Source: Eledone cirrhosa
Lineage: Eukaryota
Direction: 5' to 3'
NCBI GenBank assembly: GCA_964016885.1
Contig: OZ024742.1
Coordinates: 332,320,001 to 332,384,000, forward strand
Length of the DNA stretch: 64,000 nucleotides
Made by a program: the position numbers and the translations under genes. Every line of letters starts with the position of its first letter. Within the stretch, counting starts at the first letter, position 1. Of the stretch, positions 27,001-39,309 are shown one piece after another. The notes beneath the pieces were generated by a model. The model searched no databases. It was not told the DNA's origin and saw only the letters and a program-made list of their open reading frames with translations.

Positions 27001-30000
27001 CTGTTGCTGGTGGTGTTGTTGTTACTGTTGCTGGTGGTGTTGTTACTGTTGCTGGTGGTGTTGTTGTTACTGTTGGTGGTGGCGTTGTTGTTACTGTTGC
27101 TGGTGGTGTTGTTGTTACTGTTGCTGGTGGTGTTGTTGTTATTGTTGCTGGTGGTGTTGTTGTTATTGTTGCTGGTGGTGTTGTTGTTATTGTTGCTGGT
27201 GGTGTTGTTGTTACTGTTGCTGGTGGTGGTGTTGTTACTGTTGCTGGTGGTGTTGTTACTGTTGCTGGTGGTGTTGTTGTTACTGTTGGTCGTGGTGTTG
27301 TTGTTATTGTTGCTGGTGTTGTTGTTCTTACTGTTGCTGGTGGTGTTGTTGTTACTGTTGCTGGTGGTGTTGTTGTTACTGTTGCTGGTGGTGTTGTTGT
27401 TACTGTTGCTGGTGGTGTTGTTATTACTGTTGCTGGTGGTGTTGTTATTACTGTTGCTGGTGGTGTTGTTGTTACTGTTGCTGGTGGTGTAGTTGTTACT
27501 GTTACTGGTGGTGTTGTTGTTACTGTTGCTGGTGGTGTTGTTGTTACTGTTGCTGGTGTTGTTGTTACTGTTGCTGGTGGTGTAGTTGTTACTGTTACTG
27601 GTGGTGTTGTTGTTACAGTTGCTGGTGGTGTTGTTGTTACTGTTGCTGGTGGTGTTGTTGTTATTGTTGCTGGTGGTGTTGTTGTTACTGTTGCTGGTGG
27701 TGTTGTTACTGTTGCTGGTGGTGTTGTTACTGTTGCTGGTGGTGTTGTTGTCACTGTTGCTGGTGGTGTTGTTACTCTTGCTGGTGGTGTTGTTGTTTCT
27801 TTTGCTGGTGGTGTTGTTACTGTTGCTGGTGGTGTTGTTGTTACTGTTGCTGGTGGTGTTGTTACTCTTGCTGGTGGTGTTGTTGTTACTGTTGCTGGTG
27901 GTGTTGTTACTGTTGCTGGTGGTGTTGTTGTTACTGTTGCTGGTGGTGTAGTTGTTACTGTTACTGGTGGTGTTGTTGTTACTGTTGCTGGTGGTGTTGT
28001 TGTTACTGTTGCTGGTGCTGTTGTTGTTACTGTTGCTGGTGGTGTTGTTGTTACTGTTGCTGGTGGTGTTGTTGTTATTGTTGCTGGTGGTGGTGTTGTT
28101 ACTGTTGCTGGTGGTGTAATTGTTACTGTTGCTGGTGGTTTAGTTGTTACTGTTGCTGGTGGTGTAGTTGTTACTGTTGCTGGTGGTGTTGTTGTTACTG
28201 TTGCTGGTGGTGTTGTTGTTACTGTTGCTGGTGGTGTTGTTGTTACTGTTGCTGGTGGTGTTGTTGTTACTGTTGCTGGTGGTGTTGTTATTGTTGCTGG
28301 TGTTGTTGTTGTTATTGTTGCTGGTGGTGTTGTTGTTACTGTTGCTGGTGGTGTAGTTGTTACTGTTGCTGGTGGTGTAGTTGTTACTGTTGCTGGTGGT
28401 GTAGTTGTTACTGTTGCTGGTGGTGTAGTTGTTACTGTTGCTGGTGGTGTAGTTGTTACTGTTGCTGGTGGTGTAGTTGTTACTGTTGCTGGTGGTGTTG
28501 TTGTTACTGTTGCTGGTGGTGTTGTTGTTACTGTTGCTGGTGGTGTTGTTGTTACTGTTGCTGGTGGTGTAGTTGTTACTGTTGCTGGTGGTGTTGTTGC
28601 TACTGTTGCTGATGGTGTTGTTGTTACTGTGCTGATGGTGTTGTTACTGTTGCTGGTGGTGTTGTTGTTACTGTTGCTGGTGGTGTTGTTGTTACTGTTG
28701 CTGGAGGTGGTGTTGTTACTGTTACTGGTGGTGTTGTTGTTACTGTTGCTGGTGGTGTTGTTGTTATTGTTGCTGGTGGTGATGTTGTTATTGTTGCTGG
28801 TGGTGTTGTTGTTACTGTTGCTGGAGGTGGTGTTGTTACTGTTGCTGGTGGTGTTGTTGTTACTGTTGCTGGTGGTGTTGTTGTTATTGTTGCTGGTGGT
28901 GTTGTTGTTATTGTTGCTGGTGGTGTTGTTGTTATTGTTGCTGGTGGTGTTGTTGTTACTGTTGCTGGTGGTGTAGTTGTTACTGTTGCTGGTGGTGTTG
29001 TTGTTACTGTTGCTGGTGGTGTTGTTGTTACTGTTGCTGGTGGTGTTGTTGTTATTGTCGCTGGTGGTGTTGTTGTTACTGTTGCTGGTGGTGTTGTTGT
29101 TACTGTTGCTGGTGGTGTTGTTGTTACTGTTGCTGGTGGTGTTGTTGTTACTGTTGCTGGTGGTGTTGTTGTTATTGTTGCTGGTGGTGTTGTTGTTACT
29201 GTTGCTGGTGGTGTAGTTGTTACTGTTGCTGGTGGTGTAGTTGTTACTGTTGCTGGTGGTGTTGTTGTTATTGTTGCTGGTGGTGTTGTTGTTACTGTTG
29301 CTGGTGGTGTAGTTGTTACTGTTGCTGGTGGTGTTGTTGTTACTGTTGCTGATGGTGTTGTTACTGTTGCTGGTGGTGTCGTTGTTATTGTCGCTGGTGG
29401 TGTTGTTGTTACTGTTGCTGGTGGTGTTGTTGTTACTGTTGCTAGTGGTGTTGTTGTTACTGTTGCTGGTGGTGTTGTTGTTACTGTTGCTGGTGGTGTT
29501 GTTGTTACTGTTGCTGGTGGTGTTGTTGTTACTGTTGCTGGTGGTGTTGTTGTTACTGTTGCTGGTGGTGTTGTTATTGTTGCTCGTGGAGTTGTTGTTA
29601 TTGTTGCTGGTGGTGTTGTTGTTACTGTTGCCGGTGGTGGTGTTGATATTGTTGCCTGTGGTGTTGTTTTTATTGTTGCTGTTGTTGTTGTTGTTATTGT
29701 TGCTGGTGGTGTTGTTGTTACTGTTGCTGGTGGTGTTGTTGTTACTGTTGCTGGTGGTGTTGTTGTTACTGTTGCTGGTGGTGTTGTTGTTACTGTTGCT
29801 GGTGGTGTTGTTGTTATTGTTGCTGGTGGTGTTGTTGTTACTGTTGCTGGTGGTGTTGTTGTTACTGTTGCTGGTGGTGTTGTTGTTACTGTTGCTGGTG
29901 GTGTTGTTGTTACTGTTGCTGGTGGTGTTGTTGTTACTGTTGCTGGTGGTGTTGTTGTTATTGTTGCTGGTGGTGCTGTTGTTACTGTTGCTGGTGGTGT

Positions 30001-32002
30001 TGTTGTTACTGTTGCTGGTGGTGTTGTTATTGTTGCTCGTGGAGTTGTTGTTATTGTTGCTGGTGGTGTTGTTGTTACTGTTGCTGGTGGTGGTGTTGAT
30101 ATTGTTGCCTGTGATGTTGTTTTTATTGTTGCTGGTGTTGTTGTTGTTATTGTTGCTGGTGGTGTTGTTGTTATTGTTGCTGGTGGTGTTGTTGTTACTG
30201 TTGGTGGTGGTGTTGTTGATATTGTTGCCTGTGGTATTGTTTTTATTATTGCTGGTGTTGTTGTTGTTATTGTTGCTGGTGGTGTTGTTGTTACTGTTGG
30301 TGGTGGTGTTGTTATTGTTGCCTGTGGTGTTGTTTTTATTGTTGCTGGTGTTGTTGTTGTTATTGTTGCTGGTGGTGTTGTTGTTATTGTTGCTGGTGTT
30401 GTTGTTGTTACTGTTGCTGGTGGTGTTGTTGTTACTGTTGCTGGTGGTGTTGTTATTGTTGCTCGTGGAGTTGTTGTTATTGTTGCTGGTGGTGTTGTTG
30501 TTACTGTTGCTGGTGGTGGTGTTGATATTGTTGCCTGTGGTGTTGTTTTTATTGTTGCTGGTGTTGTTGTTGTTATTGTTGCTGGTGGTGTTGTTGTTAC
30601 TGTTGCTGGTGTTGTTGTTACTGTTGCTGGTGGTGTTGTTGTTACTGTTGCTGGTGGTGTTGTTGTTATTGTTGCTGGTGGTGTTGTTGTTATTGTTGCT
30701 GGTGGTGTTGTTGTTACTGTTGCTGGTGGTGTTGTTGTTACTGTTGCTGGTGGTGTTGTTGTTACTGTTGCTGGTGGTGTTGTTGTTACTGTTGCTGGTG
30801 GTGTTGTTGTTATTGTTGCTGGTGGTGTTGTTGTTACTGTTGCTGGTGGTGTTGTTGTTACTGTTGCTGGTGGTGTTGTTGTTACTGTTGCTGGTGGTGT
30901 TGTTGTTACTGTTGCTGGTGGAGTTGTTGTTACTGTTGCTGGTGGTGTTGTTGTTACTGTTGCTGGTGGTGTTGTTGTTATTGTTGCTGGTGGTGTTGTT
31001 GTTACTGTTGCTGGTGGTGTTGTTGTTACTGTTGCTGGTGGTGTTGTTATTGTTGCTCGTGGAGTTGTTGTTATTGTTGCTGGTGGTGTTGTTGTTACTG
31101 TTGCTGGTGGTGGTGTTGATATTGTTGCCTGTGGTGTTGTTTTTATTGTTGCTGGTGTTGTTGTTGTTATTGTTGCTGGTGGTGTTGTTGTTATTGTTGC
31201 TGGTGGTGTTGTTGTTACTGTTGGTGGTGGTGTTGTTGTTACTGTTGGTGGTGGTGTTGTTGATATTGTTGCCTGTGGTATTGTTTTTATTATTGCTGGT
31301 GTTGTTGTTGTTATTGTTGCTGGTGGTGTTGTTGTTACTGTTGCTGGTGGTGTTGTTGTTACTGTTGGTGGTGGTGTTGTTATTGTTGCTGGTGGTGTTG
31401 TTTTTATTGTTGCTGGTGTTGTTGTTGTTATTGTTGCTGGTGGTGTTGTTGTTATTGTTGCTGGTGGTGTTGTTGTTACTGTTGGTGGTGGTGTTGTTGA
31501 TATTGTTGCCTGTGGTATTGTTTTTATTATTGCTGGTGTTGTTGTTGTTATTGTTGCTGGTGGTGTTGTTGTTACTGTTGCTGGTGGTGTTGTTGTTACT
31601 GTTGGTGGTGGTGTTGTTGATATTGTTGCCTGTGGTATTGTTTTTATTATTGCTGGTGTTGTTGTTGTTATTGTTGCTGGTGGTGTTGTTGTTACTGTTG
31701 CTGGTGGTGTTGTTGTTACTGTTGGTGGTGGTGTTGTTGATATTGTTGCCTGTGGTATTGTTTTTATTATTGCTGGTGTTGTTGTTGTTATTGTTGCTGG
31801 TGGTGTTGTTGTTACTGCTGCTGGTGGTGTTGTTGTTACTGTTGGTGGTGGTGTTGTTGTTACCGTTGCTGGTGGTGTTGTTGTTACTGTTCCTGGTGGT
31901 GTTGTTGTTACTGTTACTGGTGGTGTTGTTGTTTCTGTTGCTGGTGGTGTTGTTGTTACTGTTGCTGGTGGTGTTGTTATTGTTGCTCGTGGAGTTGTTT
32001 TA
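1..32002. repeat. Giant tandem array of a 24-bp triplet-structured unit (GGTGGTGTTGTTGTTACTGTTGCT, with 21- and 27-bp variants) organised into higher-order repeats; runs off the left end of the window
   Basis: The unit is visible throughout. Diagnostic variants (GGATGACG, GGTCCTG, GATAGT, GTAACT, GCTTGG) recur every 2-4 kb. Confidence 0.98.
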
Positions 32003-32020
32003 ATACTTGTTTGAATTGTT
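28624..32020 (-). other. Candidate exon starting at a splice acceptor; open for about 1130 codons as a mucin-like Pro/Thr repeat (PPATVTTT)n, or EQFKQVLKQLHEQQ* in the phase-1 frame
   Basis: A minus-strand polypyrimidine tract ends ...CGTTCGATCACAG (AG at 32022-32021) directly before the array. The ORF-track start at 32118 is TTG upstream of that tract, not ATG. The first 1-bp deletion is at about 28630. Confidence 0.5.
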
Positions 32021-32169
32021 CTGTGATCGAACGCGGGAGGAGAGTGAGGGGTAGAGAGAGAGGAAAAAAACGGGAGCACAACCAAAAATGGAATTGAAAG
32101 GAAGTATATTATGTACAACTCTTATAATATCGATCTATATCGTAGTTCGTTTTCTATGGTTTTATATAC

Positions 32170-32274
32170 ATGCTTACTTATATTCATACACCCATCCATC
32201 CATCCATCCATACGTCCATCCATCCATACATACATACACATTTACATATTTATCTATGAATATATACGTATCTA

Positions 32275-32354
<80 letters not shown>

Positions 32355-32418
32355 TGTGGGGTGCTGTGTATGGTATAACTGTATATATCATTACATCATC
32401 ATATAATATGCGTGTGGT

Positions 32419-32494
<76 letters not shown>

Positions 32495-32585
32495 TATATA
32501 TAAAATTTATATACATATATATCTATATATACATATATATGTACATATATATATATACATATATATTTATATATGTACATATATA

Positions 32586-32627
<42 letters not shown>

Positions 32628-33145
32628 TATATAGTTATATACATACACACACAAGCTTAAATACATGCACACATGCATCATTTGGTGGGGTAGGGGCGCT
32701 TCCACGTACTCTGCAAATGCATACAATAACTTAATTCTGGTTTTATTTCTTCGGATACTTATTTTTTTGAAGATTTTTTTGGTTTCGATTCCATGTACAA
32801 TTTTCGTTGTCAAGCAAAGATTAAAGAAATATTTTCTACAGGATTTACATTTGGAGTGGAATAAATCTTAATCTATCATATATATATGTATAAATATATA
32901 TATATATATATGTGTGTGTTGTGTGCGGGTATGTGCGTGCGTGTGTATGTGTGTGTGGTTGCGTGTGTGTGCTTTAAATTTATATGTATATTTTAGATAT
33001 AACGTTTATTTTCTGTGTGTATACATATAGCTATATTACACATATGATAAAATATATACGTATATACCGGTGTCTACACACACAAACAAAAAAAACACAC
33101 ACACTTATACATACATATATACATACGCGCACAGTCACGCACACG

Positions 33146-33178
<33 letters not shown>

Positions 33179-33230
33179 GTATATATATATGTCTGTGTAT
33201 ATATATATATATATATATCTATATCATATG
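32170..33230. repeat. Microsatellite cluster: (CCAT)n, (TA)n, (TG)n, (CA)n
   Basis: Direct inspection. Confidence 0.95.
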
Positions 33231-33428
33231 ATGTCAACCGGTGCATTTTTCCCTTAAAAGATTATATTATATAAGAAGATGCAATGATGCTTAGACTTTC
33301 AGAAACGAAAAAGTAGGGGAGATATAAAGGTTTGATGGAAGTAGGAAGAAATATACGTAGGAGAAAACATTTTAATCTTTTTTATATAAAAATTGAAGTA
33401 TAGAACCGTACCATATCATTATAATTTT

Positions 33429-33614
33429 GGTGGATTGGCAGTATCGTTAGAGAGTCGGACACCATGCTTTGCAGGAAAGTTACGGCCCTTTATAATCTGA
33501 GTTCAAATGCCGCCGAAGTTAACTTTGCCTTTCATCCTTACGGGGTCGACAAAAAAAAAGTACCAGTAATGCGCCGGTTAATGGCTGGCCTTGTGCCAAA
33601 AGTAAAGACAATTA

Positions 33615-33649
<35 letters not shown>

Positions 33650-33650
33650 G
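33429..33650 (+). mobile_element. tRNA-type SINE (family A) with (ATT)n tail
   Basis: B-box-like GAGTTCAAATGCC, central GCCTTTCATCCTTACGGGGTCGA...GTACCAGT domain, and at least 8 related copies in this window. Confidence 0.85.
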
Positions 33651-33933
33651 TTGTTGTTGAAGCCATGCTTCTTATCGCCTCGAGTTTTTTTTCAACGTTT
33701 TACCTCGTTTTGAACCGTTCTAAACTTTTTATTCAAGTTTTAAATTTGATAAAAGTTTAGAAGAAGTGACCCACCTAATACAGGCGTTCACTCGTAAATA
33801 ATACGTCACCCCTTTACGTGGTGTTGTATTCGTATTTGTGTAAAAATACTTTTTTGAAACATTTCAACATGGATAACACAAGAAAGAGAGAGAGCGCTGC
33901 CAGACAACACAGAGAGAGAGAGACTTTATCAGC

Positions 33934-35922
33934 ATGTCAACAAGACAGCGTTCCAGCGAAAAGAAGATTGTTACAGATTTAAAATTAACAAATATTTCTA
34001 ACACAAACAACACCAACAATAACACCAACAACAACACCAACAACAACACCATCAATAACCACAGCAACAACAAAAATAAAAGCGGTAAATTCGAGAACAA
34101 CAATAACAAAAATAACAGCGGTAAGGTCGAGAACGACAATAACAATGACAATAACAACAGCCACAACAACAATAATAGTAGGAACAGTATCAACAAAAAC
34201 AACAGCCACAATAACAGTAACAACAGCAACAGTATCAACGAAAACAACAACAACAACACCAACAACTGTACCAATGAAAAAAAAAACAATGACACCGATA
34301 CCTGTAATAGCAATCCCAGCACCATCAGTAAGACCAGTAGCGACAGCAATAGTGGTGCTACTGAAAACGGGACCAATTCTTTTGCAGGTGTCGCCCGAAA
34401 TATCGAGACAGAGTTAGTCAAAAAGGAGGAGATGGCAGTCGCAAGGGCCATGGTGACAAGAAGCGCAATTAGCGTCTCCCTGAAACCTTCACCCGATTTT
34501 TTCAAGGACCAGCAGCTACGGACGGTGACTTACCGCACCGTAAGCAAAATCTCACATCAGGTGGAGAGAACCACGGAGGCTCAAATCCAAAAGGCCTTGG
34601 GGTGCGTCTGGTCACGCAAAACCCACATCACCCGAGGAAGAAAGTACGCCACAGTAGACGTACTTTTCGCCACCCCCCAGGAAGCAAAGTCTCACTCTTT
34701 GGAAACCCGAAAGAGTGGGGAGATAGTCTTGGTGCCCTCCTATTGCGGGCAAAAAATTGTGAGGGTCAAAGTGACCCAGGTGCCACCCGACGTGCCCATA
34801 CCTTTGCTAGCCGCGTCTATCCTTGCTGGAATCGAGAACAAGACGACCATGCTGCAAGTGGAAAAAATAGGGAGAGAGAACTGGTCAGGTATAGGCATGC
34901 AAATGCTTATACAAACTGACCAGGAAGGTATCGGCGCTATCCCTGATATCATAGACATCGAGGAAGGATTCCAACTCCCTATAAGTGTAGAAGGAAGACG
35001 GCCAAAATGTTATCTCTGTGGGTCGAAGTGTCACCTCAGGGCCTTTTGCCCGCAGAAGACAGCAAACAAAAGCCCCTCTCCTTCCAATACCTGGTTCGCG
35101 GCTACCAAGAGCAGGGCAGGCAACAAACGAAGAAGCCCCTTCTACGGTGAGTAGGAGGGCAACGGCCGTAGCACCCGTACCAAGGCCACGGACAATTAAA
35201 GCAGCATCATCAGTGTCGGCAACACCAATAGCTACATTTGAAGTAGCTACACCAGCAACAACATTGCCGAAGAGGGCTCCACTAACACCACCAACAGCCG
35301 TGGAGCACATACCCGTCTCAGACGCCACAGAATCCGACGTGGAGTTTGAGGTGGGAGTGAAGTGGCAAATGGTCTGCCACAAAAAACAAAAAACAAAAAA
35401 ACCCATAGATTCACCCTCCAAAAGCGAAGGCATACAAAGAGGGGTAAAGGCAGCAAGGAAACTTGCAGCAACACCACCACCATCACCACCACAAGCATCA
35501 CTGACAACAACAACCCCACCACCACCAGCATCACCAAAAACACCAACAACGCAAACACAACAAGACACACACACCAAACAGCAACAAGAAGAAAACAGCA
35601 ACAAAATCACCCCTCCCCCAAAAAGTACACAGCCATAAACATGACAAAAAAAGAACTCATACAATAAATAAAGCAGCACGCAGACATCACAGAAAAAACC
35701 CACTACACCCCACCAACACCAAGAACTCTCCCGACAAACATAAGCATCATCGAAATGTCAATAGAACAGTACCAACCTTTAAAACAAAAATTCCCCAACG
35801 CAGTTGGAGACTACAAAGGGTCTGTTACCAAGAGGATATACACTGACATCCTCTTGGAAACAACCATGACCAGCGAAAGGGACGGTTCTACTGTCCCTTC
35901 ACCACACGATCAAGGTAAGTGA
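33934..35922 (+). pseudogene. LINE ORF1 (gag-like): Asn-rich N-terminus, zinc knuckle CYLCGSKCHLRAFC, Pro/Thr-rich linker; frameshifted
   Basis: ORF pieces 33934-35154 and 35018-35638. The last segment reads ...YQPLKQKFPNAVGDYKGSVTKRIYTDIL...HDQGK* with TGA at 35920-35922. Confidence 0.85.
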
Positions 35923-35954
35923 ACCTTTCTCACTTACCCCGTTTCTCATCCAAC

Positions 35955-38900
35955 ATGGCCTCACTCAAAATAGGCATTATGAATGCACGTGGCCTGGGGT
36001 CATCTTGGAAGCAGGGTCACCTGCTCAACGACATCAGGTCACTAAACATAGATGTCGTGGCCATCAGTGAAACCAGAATCTCCGAAGCACAAGCCTTCGC
36101 ACCGATCTTCGACGGCTACGATGTATACGCATCTCCCAGCCGTCCAGGATCGGCGGGAGGGCTTGCCGTCCTTTTTTGGAGAAGCTTGGATCTCGCCATA
36201 CGGGCCATCTTCATAGACCCAGAAGGTAGGTCGGTGGTGCTAGACGTGACCGGCAGCGAAGGCAATGCTTTCAGGCTAGTAGCCGTCTACGCCCCAACAG
36301 GGGCAGGACGGCCAGATTTCTTCAGACGTCTAGAGACCTTTCTTGGAACGTCCCGCTCTTTAGTGTGAGTGGGCGACTGGAACGGTATCTTGGATGTACG
36401 CTGGGATCGTGTGGGGCTAGTGGATAGAGGAGGAGCGTGAAAGAGCCTGACCAACCTGCTCATGACGTTTTGAACTGTCTGACAGGTACCAACTGGAACA
36501 CCCGAATGTGCCAATGTGGACATGGACAAACCGCATTGGGTCATCCAGATCGTATCACGATAGGGTATTTTGCAGAGAACTAGATAAGGCTAGTATAAGT
36601 TGTCCACAATTTAAAATAGTCGACTACACAGACCACAAATTTGTGATCTGTGAGATCGACATAGACAGACTTCATAGACAAGGGCATGGTTACTGGTAGC
36701 TGAACGCGTCTTTCCCGGCGCGTAAAGCCTACAGAGACTAGATTAGCATATTAGTTAAGCGGGCGTTGACGGGAGCGGTCGTCAACAGCAGGTGGTAGTT
36801 CGCCCTGAAAAGGGCAATTAAAGTAGAGTCGATTAGGTTTAGCAAAGGAGTAGTGATAGAGGAAAATAGAGTAGAGGGAGAGCTAGTCAGAAAGCTAGAA
36901 GAGGCGTTAAGGACAGGCATCGCAACCGATGTGTTTGAGGCGAGATTGGCACTCGACCAATTCTTCAACGCAAAACACGAAGGCTGCGTTGTCAGAGCTA
37001 GAGCGCGTGCTCTGAAACACCAGGGGACAAAAGCCGTCCAATGAGCCCGGTGGCAGAGGCGCGACATACAACAAAGCCACAATTCGGTCTTTGTCTGACC
37101 AAAACGGGTGCGTGATGCTCGAACCCGAGCAGATGTGTGAAGCTTTTCAGCAGCACTTTGCTGAACTGTTCGGGAGCGGCGGCTGCCCGGATCGGGGCAT
37201 GGACTTCAGTGCATACCTCGACGGACTGCCTAGGCTCTCGACGACCGCAGCACAGTGTTGCGAAAAGCCAATAACAGCCGGTGAAATACAGGAAGCGATG
37301 GCTAGCTGCACAAGGGGTAAATCGCCAGGTTTGTGTTTGGATGGTCTGCCCTACGAGCTTTATGCATTTATGCCAAACTCGTTCGGTGACCCCTTCGCAG
37401 ACGTCTACTGCAACTGGCAGCAGAACGGGAGCAATCCCAGTTTTGTGAGCCGAGGGGCGGTGACGCTGGTGAGAAAAGACCCGAACAAGGGGGATTTTAT
37501 CGATAATTTCAGGCCCATAACCCTGGTAAACGCAGAGTTCAAGATTTTGGCCAAGACGTGTGTCGTCAAGGGTCTGGTGGGAGAGGCGCAGACATGCGCC
37601 ATTCTGGACAGATCCATACATGACAACCTCCACCTCATGCGATACATCATAGAGAGGGTGGTTAAGGAACCTGGCACGGGTGGGGCCCTGATCAACTTGG
37701 ATCAATCCAAAGCATTCGATAGGGTCGACCATCGGTACCTGGCGGCGGTCCTCGAGGCCGCCGGTTCCGGGCCCGTTTTCAGGGGTTGGATCGCAGCAAC
37801 GTACAGCGACATATGCTCAGTTGTGAGGGGGAACGTTCACCTGTCGCAGCCGTTCAACATCATGCGCTCAGTCCGCCAGGGTTGACCCCTCTCGTCCCTC
37901 TTGTACGTATTGGCTCTCGAGCCGTTACTGCACAAACTGGGGGCGATGAGGGGCGTCCCACGCGAACTAGGATGCGGGAAATCCGAGTCGGCTTACGCTG
38001 GCAACGTTACCGTGGTGGTGTCGAGCACCAGACACGTCCAGATGTTCGGCACCGCTCTCAAGGAATACGAAGCGGTGACAGGAGAAAAGATGAACCAGGA
38101 AAGTCGGTGGGGTTGCAGCTCGGCACCTGGAGAAGCAAGTCCATGCCGTCCGACAGCGTCGTGGAGCGTTGGACGGACGGACCGGTTAAATAGCTCGGGG
38201 TCTGGTTCGGACCGGACCTACAGATGGAGAAAAACTGGAACAATGGTGTCGAGCAGGGTGGCCTCGCTCACCCAGAAATGGGCCGAGAGGAAGCTGTCCC
38301 TGAAAGGGCGGGCGGAGGTGGTGAATGCGTCCATCGCATCCGTCATCTGCTACCGCCTCACTGTCGTCGCTTGCTCCAGCCCAACTCTCACCAAAATGGA
38401 GCGCCTCCTCTTCCGATTTTTGTGAAAGGGACGCGCTCCCATGGTCAGACGATAAATCTGCTGTCAACACCCGTTCCGTGGAGGACTTGGCATGCGATGG
38501 CTGATGATGCGCAAACATGCGCTGAGGCTGCGACATCTCTGGTGCTTCCTTGATGGTGCACAGGTGTGGTCGCCGTTCGCCAGGCACGTTTTCCCACAGC
38601 TCATCTCCTTGACGGAGCTGCAGTCCTGGGTCAGAAAAAGACCGAGGGATAGCGCTTGGAAACTGGAATGTCTCCAGGCGCTCACTGCCCTCTGCCAGCT
38701 GGGCACCAGTATCGGTGGAACCACCACCTCCGCGTTCTATAGAGGACTAGTGGAGGGAAAGAGCGACGACGTTCTCGGAGAGATCCTGGGCGTCGAAGAA
38801 GATCAGCTGTTTTCTCTCTTCCGGAGAACTTTCAGCCCGGGGCCTATGGATAACTTCCAAAAATCCCTGGCCTGGCAGTGCTACCGGGGAGCGCTGCCGG

Positions 38901-39309
38901 TTCGAGATAAGCTCTACAGGCACAGAAGTGCCGTCAGCCGAGCCTGTCCATGATGCACGCAGAGCGACGAAACCGTCGTGCACACACTCGTTCAGTGCCC
39001 GAGCATTGCTGACTTGTGGAGCTATGTCGAACGGTTGCTGTCGCGTGTAGGACTGATCCGGTTGTCGACTGAGTCCATTGTGCAGATGGTCTCGCAGTCT
39101 TCCTTCGAGGAGGATGGGCAGGCGAAAGAGATTGTGTGGTGGACACTTTCCTCTTCTGCGAATCCCTAACTAAAGTTTTCAAGTTTCACTTGTAGTGGAA
39201 AATGAGGGTGGTGAGGCAAGTGCTGCCTTCTAGCAAATTTGTTGAAAGGTGGGTTAATGTAGCGAGTATGGTCCGAGTGAACAGGACCACTCTGAATATA
39301 CGTCTGTAG
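35955..39309 (+). pseudogene. LINE ORF2 (AP-endonuclease plus reverse transcriptase) with multiple stops and frameshifts
   Basis: Motifs MASLKIGIMNARGL, VAISETR, VYAP, GDWN, TDH, RPITLVNAEFKILAK, LDQSKAFDRVDH, SVRQG*PLS, degenerate YADD (YAGN), and C-terminal CP*C...HTLVQC. Confidence 0.92.

Noticed and set aside
1-32000. CRISPR-like or telomeric interpretation of the array
   Set aside because: There are no unique spacers, the context is eukaryotic, and the unit is not TTAGGG-like.
47-32003. Long + strand ORFs (poly-L/V, VVVTVAGG, WWCCCYCC)
   Set aside because: They arise because the G/T-rich strand of the tandem repeat has almost no stop codons. All three frames are open and the starts are mostly TTG/GTG/CTG.
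32021-32118. Signal-peptide-like N-terminus MYIIYFLSIPFLVVLPFF of the 1164-aa ORF
   Set aside because: The start codon is TTG, and the hydrophobic residues are the translation of a polypyrimidine tract ending in CAG, so this is more likely intron.
32778-32816. GTTTCGATTCC...TTGTCAAG as an antisense hammerhead remnant
   Set aside because: Stem II and the CTGA box are too degenerate to call.
33429-33540. tRNA gene suggested by the B-box motif
   Set aside because: No cloverleaf is evident; it is the head of a multicopy SINE.
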